A stretch of 64,000 nucleotides of DNA from Dipteris shenzhenensis. Lineage: Eukaryota. Every line of letters begins with the position of its first letter. The stretch's first letter is position 1. Shown here one piece after another: positions 11,420 to 23,943 of this stretch. Both the position numbers and the translations under genes were made by a program. Location of the stretch: assembly GCA_047967505.1 (NCBI GenBank), contig CM106538.1; one strand, given 5' to 3'. Below the pieces are notes generated by a model. That model was not told the origin of the DNA, made no database searches, and saw nothing but the letters and a program-made list of their open reading frames with translations.

Positions 11420-13520
11420 GAACCTTAGATCATGACAGTGGTGCATCGTGCCACATGACTAGTCAGAAGGATTGGTATACCTCTCTACAGCTGGTAGGGA
11501 ATGACATCATGGTAGCAGTTGGCAATGATGCAAAATGTCTAGCAAAAGGAAAAGGTACGATTGCTCTCAAGTCAGATGGAGTTGTAAAATAGTTGTCCGA
11601 TATTCTTTATGTGCCAGATATCAAGAGGAACTTTTTGTCCATTTCTGCGATCACGGATCGGGACCTCAAAGTTCAATTAGATAAGAATGGTGCACAAATC
11701 CTGGATCTTTAAGGAAAGGTCATTGGTAAAGTTACACGGTGCAACAACATTTACGAACTCTTAGCTTTCAGTGCTCAAGTGGATGTGAAGAACACTAAGA
11801 TGTGGCATGAGAGGTTTGGTCATCTTAACCTTAGTTCTTTGAAGGAGATGCATAAAAGTGGAATGATTGCAGACCTACCAGAAATTTCAGATCTGCCCAA
11901 TGTATGTGAAGCTTGCATGATGGGCAAGCAGCATCGGCAGCCCTTTCCTAAAGAGGCCAACAAGGCAAAGGCTCCTCTAGAGCTCGTTCACATGGACCTC
12001 TACAGAAAGATGGAGATGGAAGCTTTGGGTGGTTCCTTCTACTTCATGACGCTGATCCATGACTACAATAGAAGGATATGGGTATACTTCTTGAAGACGA
12101 AAGACGAGGCTTTCAATAGGTTCAAGGAATGGCATGTAATAGTCGAGAAAGAATTTGGGAGGAAAGTGAAGAAGCTGAGATCAGATAGAGGTGGAGAGTT
12201 CACATCAACTGAATTCGAAAGTTACTACAAAAGTCATGGAATCAAGAGGCAAAAACCCCTGCCACATACATCACAGCAAAATGGAGTAGCAGAACACAAC
12301 ATGCGCGTCATCTGCGAAATGGGCTGGAGTATGATGAAAGGGAAAATTTTGCCAAAGTCTTTCTGGGCTAAATCATGTAACACTACAGTTTACATCCTCA
12401 ATCGTAGCTACACGAAGGCTGTGAACGGGATGACTCCACTACAAGCTTTCTCTGGTAAGAAACCTTCAGTTGCACATTTCAGAGTTTTTGGATGTGATTG
12501 TTTTGTGCATGTCCCTAATGCTACCAGGACCAAATGGGAACCGAAGAGCCAGAAGTGTATTTTCTTGGGCTACAGTGAAGAGGCAAAGGATTATCGTCTC
12601 TATAACCCTGTTACCAAGAAGGTAATTGTAAGTCACGATGTGGTCTTCTCAAAACAGCCACATCAATTGGAGGAGGATGCTTCCTTCCCAGACAACGAGG
12701 ACCAGGATATCCATCCAGTACCGCCACCAATAGCAAACCGAACTCCCCCAATGGTGCTTGGGAGGATTCAAGACAAAGAAGATGAAGAAGAGCCTGCAGA
12801 ACCACAATGGCAATGGCCATTCTTGAAGTGGGTAAAGCAACTTTTGGATGGCAAAGAACCTCTAGCCATTGAGGAGAAACCATCCAAACACCACCGGTCC
12901 AGGAGATTAGAGGAGCAAAGAAGGGCGCAGAAACACTTAGTCAACTATGCTTTGATGACAGAAGTGATCCGTGCTGATGAACCCAAGTGTCTTAAAGAGG
13001 CATAGGGCGATGATAGGTGGACGAAGGCTATGCAGTTGGAGTATGGCTCCATAATGAAGAACAACACTTGGGACCTTGTGGTTCGACCACCAAAATGCAA
13101 GGTAATCGGGACCCACTTCAAATACAAGTCCAACAGCACGTTGGATAAGTACAAGGCTTGGCTCGTGGCAAAAGGATTTGCACAGGTACATGGTTTTGAT
13201 TATCAAGATACTTTTGCTCCCACAGCTCAACTAACCACAATTCGCAGTGTTTTGGCATTAGCTGCCTAGGGAAGTTGGCCCGTGTTTCAGATGGATGTGA
13301 AATCTGCCTTTCTGAATGGAGATCTCAAGGAGGAGGTATACATGGAACAACCACCAGGTTTTGAGATCCCCGGTTCAGAAGGTAAAGTCTGCAAGCTAAA
13401 GAAGGCACTTTATGAGCTGAAACAGGCCCCATGAGCGTGGTACCAATGAATTGATGCCTACTTTCTACAAAACAGGTTTAGGAGGAGTCCATCTGATGCA
13501 AATTTGTATATCTTCAGGGA
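11420..13520 (+). mobile_element. Decayed Ty1/Copia pol fragment (protease, integrase, N-terminal RT), no LTRs seen
   Basis: [75 protein letters not shown]. Several in-frame stops. Confidence 0.9.
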
Positions 13521-13879
13521 TTTTCTCTCTCTCTCTCTCTCCTCCTAATTCTCTCTATAGCCATAGTCAAGACACCTCATTCTCTCTCTTAATCTCTCTC
13601 TCTCTCTCTGACAACTCTTATGTCTTTCCCTCTCTCTCCTCATCCCACTCATTCTCTCTCTTACTTTATCTCAAGTCTCTCTTTCTCTCCCTCCCATGGC
13701 CGCTAGGATTTATCATTCTCTCTCTTCATCTCTCTCTCTCCCCCTAGGATTTGTAATTATTTCTCTCTCTCTCTCTCCACCTCTCTCTCTAGAGATTTAT
13801 TATACTCTCTCTTGATCTCTCTCTAGGATTTGTAATTTTCTCTCTCTCTCTACCTAAGATTTATAATTCTCTCTCTTCA

Positions 13880-13954
<75 letters not shown>

Positions 13955-14164
13955 TACCTTCTCTACCTCCCTCCCTCTATCCTCTTGGCCGCTAGGATTT
14001 GTCATTCTTTCCCTCTCTATGTCTCTCTCTCTCTCTCTGAATTCTCTCTCTTAATCTCTCACTGCCTTCCTCCCTCCCTCCCTCCCTCTTCTCTCTCTCA
14101 TCTGTCCCTCTTCTCACTCTTAATCTCTCTTTCTCTCCCTCCCCTCATCTCTCTCATTTCTTAT

Positions 14165-14195
<31 letters not shown>

Positions 14196-14817
14196 CTCCC
14201 TCCCTCGGCGGCCACGAATAAATTTGAATTTTTAAAAAGAGGGAAATTTGAATTCATTCTTCTAGATAAATTTGAATTCAAATTTGTATTCAACATTCTT
14301 CTTGATACTTTCTTCTCATACGTCCCTTTTGAATTCAAATTTGTGCTCAACATTCTTCTTGATACTTTCTTCTCGTACGTCCCTCTTCATTCTTCTCGTA
14401 AGTCAAATCTTATTTGTTGCTCTTGCTCGTGATTGTTCTACTCTTAGTTGTAAGAATTCAACCTCTCTCCCTCTACTCCTCTCCTCTTCTCTATGTAGTG
14501 GGCTCTCTCTCTCTCTAATGGAGCTCCCTCTCTATGCGATGGAGCTCCCTCTCTAGTCGCATATCTCTCTCTCTCTAGTCGCATACCTTCCCAACCTTCC
14601 TCTAGTTGCGTACCTTCCTCTCTCCCTCAAGTCTTCTCATCTCTCCTCTCTCTCTAGTCACTTACCTTCCCCTCTCCCTAAAGTCTTCTCATCTCTCTTC
14701 TCTCTCTACTAGTGTTTCCCTCTCCATCACGTCTTCTCACCCCCCTCCCTCCCTCACTCCTCTCCCTCCCTTACTCCTCTAACTCTCCTCTCATCCCTGG
14801 GGGCCGTGGCCCCCAGG

Positions 14818-14858
<41 letters not shown>

Positions 14859-15081
14859 CTCCCTCCCCTCACTCCTCTCTCTCTCTCCCCTACCTTTTCC
14901 TCACTCCTCTCACCCTAGGGCTGTGGCTGCCAGGACCCCCCTCTCTCTCTCTCTCCCTCCCCTCCCTCTCCTCACTCCTCTCACCCTCCTCTCTCTCTCT
15001 CTCGCTCTCTCTCTCCCTTCCCTCCCTCCTCTCTCTCTCTCCCTCCCCTCCCTCTCACCCTGGGGGCCGCGGCCGCTAGGA

Positions 15082-15132
<51 letters not shown>

Positions 15133-15173
15133 CTCCCTCCCCTCCCTCTCACTCGGGGGTCGTAGCCACCAGG

Positions 15174-15247
<74 letters not shown>

Positions 15248-15429
15248 CGCTCGCTCCCTCCCCTCCCTCCTCTCTCTCTCTCCCTCCCCTCCCTCTCACC
15301 CTCGGGGCCGCCAGGACCCCCCCTCTCTCTCTCTCGCTCTCGTTCTCTCTCTCCCTCCCCTCCCTCCCTTCCCTCTCTCACCTCCCTCCCCTCCCTCTCA
15401 CCTTGGGGGCCATAGCTGCCAAGACCCCC

Positions 15430-15485
<56 letters not shown>

Positions 15486-15670
15486 CTCTCTCTCGCTCCT
15501 CTCTCTCTCTCCCTCCCCTCCCTCCCCTCCCTCTCACCCTAGGGGCTGTGGTCGCCAGGACCCCCCCTCTCTCTCTTCTTTCTCTCTCGCTCTCTCTCTC
15601 CCTCCCCTCCCTCCCCTCTCTCTCTCCCGTCCCTCCCCTTCCTCTCACCCTGGGGGCCACAACTGCCAGG

Positions 15671-15727
<57 letters not shown>

Positions 15728-15775
15728 CTCCCCTCCCTCCCCTCCCTCTCACCCTGGCGGTCACGGCTGCGAGGA

Positions 15776-15824
<49 letters not shown>

Positions 15825-15899
15825 CTCCCCTCCCTCCTCTCTCCCTCCCCTCCCTTCCCTCCCTCTCACCCTGGGAGCCGCAGCCGCCAGGACTCCCCC

Positions 15900-15943
<44 letters not shown>

Positions 15944-16232
15944 AGGGGCCGTGGCTGCCATGAACCCCCTCTCTCTCTCTGGTGCTCTCTCTCTCTCTTT
16001 CCCTCCCCTCCCTCCCCTCACTCCTCCCGCTGCCCCCTCACCCTCCCGCTGCCTCCCCCTACCCTTGCTCCCCCCTCTCGCCTCCCCCTACCCCGTCGCC
16101 CCCTACCCCGCCTTCCCCCCTCCCGCCTCCTGCCTCCCCCTACCCCACCGCCCCCTACCCCCGCTCCCTCCCCTCCCTCCTCTCTCTCTCTCCCTCACCT
16201 CCCTCTCACCCTGGTGACTGCGGCTGCTAGGA

Positions 16233-16269
<37 letters not shown>

Positions 16270-16329
16270 CCCTCCCTCCTCTCTCTCTCCCTCCCCTCCC
16301 TCTCACCCTGGGGGCCGCGGCTGCCAGGA

Positions 16330-16363
<34 letters not shown>

Positions 16364-16412
16364 CCCCCCCTCCCTAGGGGTTGCGACCGCCACGACCCCC
16401 TCTCTCTCTAGT

Positions 16413-16480
<68 letters not shown>

Positions 16481-16880
16481 CCTCCCTCCCCTCACTCCTC
16501 CCGCCGCCTCCTCACCCTCCCACTGCCTCCCCCTACCCCCACTCCCCCTACCCCCGCTCCCCCTACCTCGCCGCCCCCTACCCCACCTGCCCCCCTCCCA
16601 CCTCCTGCCTCCCCCTACCCTACTGCCCCCTACCCCCGCTCGCCCCTCCTGCCTCACCCTACCCTCGCTCCCTACCCTGCCTCCCCCCTCCCGCCTCCCC
16701 CTACCCCTGCTCCCTACCCCGCCGCCCCCTACCCCGACTCCCCCCTCCCTACCCCCGCTCCCTCCTTTTGCCTCCCCCTACCCCGCCGCCCCCTACCCTC
16801 GCTCCCCCCTCCTGCCTCTCTACCCCGCTGCCCCCCTCCCACCTCCCCCTCCCCCCGCTCCCTACCCTGTCGCCCCCTAC
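13520..16880. repeat. (CT)n microsatellite/minisatellite tract with a GC-rich core motif and CCCCTACCCC repeats
   Basis: Long (CT)n runs; about 14 copies of 'ctcaccct(g/a)gggg.....gc.gccaggacccc' in 14790-16400; many cccctacccc units in 16020-16880. Confidence 0.9.
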
Positions 16881-16932
16881 AACTTTTGGAATACAAGCTC
16901 TCTCATTCTCTCTATCTTCTTGTGAGTTGTTG

Positions 16933-19900
16933 CCTTGTGATTGCCATTCCTACCCCCATGCACCTCAACCTAGTTTAGCTTGACTGGGGTGCAAAGTGGA
17001 GCCCCCATCCGATAAGTTCTTGTTTGAATAACACACCTATTACCGTGTTTTTTTATGGTTGTGCATTACACTAAGGCAAAAACGGTGTTTTATGCTTGAT
17101 CGACAATGCAAAGCATATTCGATGGACATAATACTTTGCACACCTTAAACTAAGTGAAATTGACTTACATGCAAAGTGGAGCACCCATCCCATAAGTACT
17201 TGATCGAATAACATATCTAGCAGCGTGTATTTTTACGGATGTGCATGACACGAGCAAAAATGGCATTTAATGCTCGATCGACCATGCAAAGCATATCCGA
17301 TGGGCACAATACTTTTCCTATGCCTCAACCTAGGTGGTATTGAAATGTTCTCAAAGAGGCATACCCATCCGATAAGTACTTGGTCAGATAACATACCTAA
17401 GGGCGTGTTTTTTTGTGGATGTGCATATCACTATAGCAAAAACGGTGGATAATGTGTGCTCGACCATGCAAAGCATATCCGATGGTCACAATAGTTTGCA
17501 CGCACCTCAACCTAGTTGAAACAGACTTGTGTGCAAAGTGGAGCACCCATCCCATAAGTACTTGATCGAATAACATACCTAGAAACGTGTTTTTTTACGG
17601 ATGTTACCTTGTGATTGCCATTCCTACCCCCATGCACCTCAACCTAGTTTAGCTTGACTGGGGTGCAAAGTGGAGCCCCCATCCGATAAGTTCTTGTTTG
17701 AATAACACACCTAGGACCGTGTTTTTTTATGGTTGTGCATTACACTAAGGCAAAAACGGTGTTTTATGCTTGATCGACAATGCAAAGCATATCCGATGGG
17801 CATAATACTTTGCACACGCCTTAAACTAGGTCAAATTGACTTACATGCAAAGTGGAGCACCCATCCCATAAGTACTTGATCGAATAACATACCTAGCAGC
17901 ATGTATTTTTACGGATGTGCATGACACTGGAGCAAAAATGGCATTTAATGCTCGATCGACCATGCAAAGCATATCCCATGGGCACAATACTTTTCCTATG
18001 CCTCAACCTAGGTGGTATTGAAATGTTCTCAAAGAGGCATACCCATCTGATAAGTACTTGGTCAGATAACATACCTAAGGGCGTGTTTTTTTGCGGATGT
18101 GCATATCACTATGGCAAAAACGGTGGATAATGCGTGATCGACCATGCAAAGCATATCCGATGGTCACAATACTTTGCACGCACCTCAACCTAGTTGAAAC
18201 ATACTCGTGTGCAAAGTGGAGCGCCCATCCCATAAGTACTTGATCGAATAACATACCTAGAAATGTGTTTTTTTGCGAATGTGCATGACACTATGGCAAA
18301 CACGGTGTTTTATGCCTGATCGACAATGCAAAGCATATCTGATGGGCATAATACTTTTCACACACCTTAAACTAGGGGAAATTGACTTACATGCAAAGTG
18401 GAGCACCCATCCCATAAGTACTTGATCGGATAACATGCCTAGCAGCATGTTTTTTTATGAAGGTGCATGACACTAGAGCAAAAATAGTATTTAATGCCCG
18501 ATCGACCATGAAAACGATATCCGATGGACACAATACTTTTCCTACACCTCAATCTAGGTGGTATTGAAATGTTCTCAAAGAGGCACACCCATTCGATAAG
18601 TACTTGGTCAGATAACATACCTAAGGGCGTGTTTTTTTGCAGATGTGTATATCACTACCGGAAAAACGTTCTATAATGTGTGATCGACCATGCAAAGCAT
18701 ATCCAATGGTGACAATACTTTACACACACCTCAACCTAGTTGAAATAGACTTGCGTGCAAAGTGGATCCCCCATCCGATAAGTACTTGTTTGAATAACAC
18801 ACCTAGGACCGTGTTTTTTTATGGTTGTGCATGACACTAAGGCAACAATGGTGTTTTATGCTTGATCGACAATGCAAAGCATATCCGATGAGCACAATAC
18901 TTTGCACACACCTTAAACTAGGTGGAATTGACTTACATGCAAAGTGGCATTCCCATCGCATAAGTACTTGATCGGATAACACACCTAGCAGTGTGTTTTT
19001 TTACGGATGTGCATGACACTAAGGCAAAAATGGTATTTAATGCTCGATCGACCATAAAAAGCATATCTGATGGGCACAACAATTTTCCTATGCCTTAACC
19101 TAGGTGGTATTGAAATGTTCTCATAGTGGGATTGACTTACATGCAAAGTGGCATTCCCATGGCATAAGTACTTGATCGGATAACACACCTAGCAGCAGGT
19201 TTTTTTAGGGATGTGCATGACACTAAGGCAAAAATGGTATTTAATGCTTGATCGACCATGAAAAAGGATATCCAATGGGCACAATACTTTTCCTACGCCT
19301 TAACCCAGGTGGTATTGAAATGTTCTCAAAGAGACACACCCATCCGATAAGTACTTGGTCAGATAACATACCTAAGGGCGTGTTTTTTTATAGATGTGCA
19401 TATCACTATAGGAAAAACATTGTATAATGCGTGATCGACCATGCAAAGCGTATCCGATGGTGATAATAATTTGCATACACCTCAACCTAGTTAAAACAGA
19501 CTTTTTTGCAAAGTGGAGCCCCCATCCGATAAGTACTTGTTTGAGTAACTCACCTAGGAGTCCGCTGTTTTTTTATGGTTGTGCATGACACTAAGGTAAA
19601 AATGGTGTTTTATGCTTGATCGACAATGCAAAGCATATTCGATGGGCACAATAATTTGCACACACCTTCAACTAGGTGGAATTTACTTACATGCAAAGTG
19701 GCATTCCCATCGCATAACTACTTGATCGGATAACATACCTAAGGGCGTGTTTTTTTATGGATGTGCATATCACTACTAGAAAAACATTGTATAATGCGTG
19801 ATCAACCATGCAAAGCATATTTGATGGTGACAATACTTTGCACACACCTCCACCTAGTTGAAATGGACTTGTGTGCAAAGTGGAGCCCCCATCCAATAAG

Positions 19901-22900
19901 TACTTGTTTAAATAACACACCTAGGACCGTGTTTTTTTATGGTTGTGCAATACACTAGAGTCAAAATGGTGTTTTATGCTTCATCGATAATGCAAAGCAT
20001 ATCTGATGGGCATAATACTTTGCACACACCTTAAACTAGGTGGAATTGACTTACATGCAAAGTGGCATGCTTATCTCATAAGTACTTGATCGGATAACAT
20101 ACCCAGTAACCTGTTTTTTTACGGATGTGCATGACACCAAGGCAAAAATGGTATTTAATGCTCGATCGACCATGCAAAGAATATCCGATGAGCACAATAC
20201 TTTCCCTACCCATTAACCTAGGTGGTATTGACATGTTCTCAAACAAGCACACCCATCCGATAAGTACTTGGTCAGATAACATACCTAAGGGCGTGTTTCT
20301 TTGCGAATGTGCATATCACTAGGGAAAAAACGGTGTATAATGCATGATCGACCATGAAAAGCATATCCAATGGTCACTACACTTTGCACGCACCTCAACC
20401 TAGTTGAACGATACTTGCATGCAAAGGGGAGCCCCCATCCGATAAGTACTTCTTTGAATAACACACCTACGACCGTGTTTTTTTATGGTTGTGCATTACA
20501 CTAAGGCAAAAACGGGGTTTTATGCTTGATCAACAATGAAAAGCATATCTGATGGGCACAATACTTTGCACACATCTTCAACTAAGTGTCATTGACTTAC
20601 ATGCAAAGTGGCGCACCCATACCATAAGTACTTGATCGGATAACATACCTAGCAACGTGTTTTTTTTTGGATGTGCATGACACTAGAGCGAAAATAGTAT
20701 TTAATGCTCAATCGACCATGCAAAGGATATCTGATGGGCACAAGACTTTTCCTATGCCTCAACCTAGGTGGTATTGAAATGTTCTTGAAGAGGCACACCC
20801 ATTCGATAAGTACTTGGTCAGATAACATACCTAAGGGCGTGTTTTTTTGCGGATGTGCATATCACTACGGGAAAAACGGTGGACAATGCGTGATTGACCA
20901 TGCAAAACACATCTGATGGTCACAATACTTTGCACGCATCTCAACCCAGTTGAAATAGACTTGCAGGCAAAGTGGAGCACCCATTCCATAAGTACTTGAT
21001 CGGATAACATACCTAGCAGCGTGTTTTTTTACGGATGTGCGTGACACTAAGGTAAAAACGGTGTTTTATGCTTGATCGACAATGCAAAGCATATCCGATG
21101 GGCACAATACTTTGCACACACCTTCAACTAGATGGAATTAACTTACATGCAAAGTGGCATGCCCATCCCATAAGTACTTAATCGAATAACATACCTACCA
21201 GCATGTTTTTTTTATGGATGTGCATGACACTAGAGCAAAAATGGTATTTAATGCTCGATCGACAATGCAAAGGATATCCGATGGGCACAATACTTTTCCT
21301 ATGCCTCAATCTAGGTGGTATTTACATGTTCTCAAAGAGGCACACCCATCAAATAAGTACTTCGTTGGATAACACACCTAAGGGCATGTTTTTTTGTGGA
21401 TGTGCATATCACTAGGGAAAAAACAGTGTATAATGCGTGATGGACTGCGCAAAGCATATCCGATGGTCACAATACTTTGGACACACCTCAACCTTGTTGG
21501 AACCATCTGAGAAGTACTTGTTTGAATAACACACCTAGGACTGTGTTTTTTTATGGTTATGCGTGACACTAAGGCAAAAATGGTGTTTTATGCTTGATCG
21601 ACAATGCAAAGCACATATGATGGGTACAATACTTTGCACACACCTTAAACGAGATGGAATTGACTTACATGCAGGTGGCATGCCCATCCCATAAGTATTT
21701 GATCGGACAACATACCTAGCAGCGTGTTTTTTTACGGATGTGCATGACACCAAGGCCAAAATGATATTTAATGCTCGATCAACCATGCAAAGCATATCCG
21801 ATGGGCACAATACTTTTCCTAAACCTCACCCTAGGTGGTATTGACATGTTTTCAAATAGGCACACCCATCCAATAAGTACTTGGTCAGATAACACACCTA
21901 AGGGCTTTTTTTTTTGCAAATGTGCATATCACTAGGGAAAAAACGGTGTCTAATGCACGATCGGCCATGCAAAGCATATCCGATGGTCACAATACTTTGC
22001 AAGAACCTCAAGCTAGTTGAAACTGACTTGTGTGCAAAGTGGAGCCCCCATCTTAGAAGTACTTGTTTGAATAACACACCTAGGACGTGTTTTTTTATGG
22101 TTGTGTATGACACTAAGGCAAAAATAGTGTTTTATGCTTGATCGACAATGCAAAGCATATCCAATGGGCACAATACTTTGTACACACGTTCAAATAGGTG
22201 GAATTGACTTACTTGCAAAGTGGCACACCCATCCCATAAGTAATTGATCGGATAACATACCTAGCAGCGTGTTTTTTTACGAATGTGCATGACACTAGAG
22301 CAAAAATAGTATTTAATGCTCGATCGACCATGCAAAGGATATCCGATGGGCACAATAATTTTCATATGCCTCAATGTAGGTGGTATTGAAATTTTCTTAA
22401 AGAGGCACACCCATCCGATAAGTACTTGGTTAGATAACATACCTAAAGGTGTGTTTTTTTGCGGATGTGCATATCACTATGGTAAAAACGGTGGATAATG
22501 CGTGATCAACCATGCAAAGCATATCTGATGGTCACAATACTTTGCACGCACCTCAACCTAGTTGAAATAGACTTGGGTGCAAAGTGGAGCACCCATCCCA
22601 TAAGTACTTGATCGAATAACATACCTAGCAGTGTGTTTTTTTACGGATGTGCATGACACTAAGGCAAAAACGGTGTTTTATGCTTGATCAATAGTGCAAA
22701 GCATATCCAATGGGCAAAATACTTTGCATACACCTTCAACTAGGTGGAATTAACTTACATGCAAAGTGGCACACCCATCCCATAAGTACTTGATCGGATA
22801 ACATACCTAGCAGTGTGTTTTTTTACGGATGTGCATGATACTAGAGCAAAAATGGTATTTAATGCTCGATCGACAATGCAAAGGATATCCGATGAGCACA

Positions 22901-23845
22901 ATACTTTTCCTATGCCTCAACCTAGGTGGTATTGGCATGTTCTCAAAGAGGCACACCCATCAAATAAGTACTTGTCTAGATAACACACCTAAGGGTGTGT
23001 TTTTTTACGGATGTGCATATCACTAGGGAAAAACGGTGTATAATGCGTGATGGGCCATGCAAAGTATATCTGATGGTCACAATTCTTTACATGCACCTCA
23101 ACCTAGTTGAAATGGAATTGCATGCAAAGTGGATTCCCCATCTGAGAAGTAATTGTTTGAATAAAACACCTAGGACCGTGTTTTTTTATGGTTGTGCATG
23201 ACACTTAGGTAAAAACGGTGTTTTATGCTTGATTGATAATGCAAAGCATATCCGATGGGTACAATTCTTTGCAAACAACTTAAAATAGGTGGAATTGACT
23301 TACATGCAAAGTGGCATGTCCATCCCATAAGTACTTGATCGGATAACATAACTAGCAGCGTGTTTTTTTAGGATGTGCATGACACTAAGGCAAAAATGGT
23401 ATATAATGCTCGATCGACCATGCAAAGCATATCCGATGGGCACAATACTTTTCCTATGCCTCAACCTCGGTGGTATTGGCTTGTTTTCAAAGAGGTACAC
23501 CCATCCAATAAGTACTTGGTCAGATAACACACCTAAGGGTGTGTTTTTTGTTTATGTGCATATCATTAGGGGGAAAACGGTGTATAATGCGTGATTGACC
23601 ATGCAAAGCATATCTGACTTGTTTGCAAAGTGGAGCCCCCATCCGATAAGTACTTGTTTGAATAGCACACCTAGGACCGTGTTTTTTATGGTTGTGTATG
23701 ACACTGAGGCACAAAAGGTGTTTAATGCGTGATATACCATGCAAAGCATAGACGATGGGCACAATACTTTGCACGCACCTCAACGTAGGTGTTATTGAGT
23801 TGCATGCAAAGTGGCGTGTCCATTTGATGAGTACTTGATCAGGTA
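16933..23845. repeat. Tandem array of about 182-bp monomers (roughly 38-40 copies) with higher-order structure
   Basis: Monomer heads gcaaagtgg/tcaaagagg at e.g. 18211, 18393, 18575, 18757, 18939 (182-bp spacing). Three recurring subtypes occur in fixed order. Confidence 0.95.
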
Positions 23846-23943
23846 ACTTCTCCCACCAATAAATTAAGTACTAATTAAAAATTATAATAAATGAGTAGAT
23901 TATTAAAAAGAGACTAATATTTATGTAATTGTTGCTACTGCAG

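Noticed and set aside
14790-16400. Repeat-spacer (CRISPR-like) pattern
   Set aside because: The spacers are simple CT runs and the repeats are degenerate.
13985-16983. Long SLSLSL / ERERER / Pro-rich ORFs
   Set aside because: Artefacts of stop-free (CT)n and C-rich DNA.
16933-23845. CRISPR array interpretation
   Set aside because: Monomers are homologous along their whole length, with no unique spacers and no cas genes; the context is eukaryotic.
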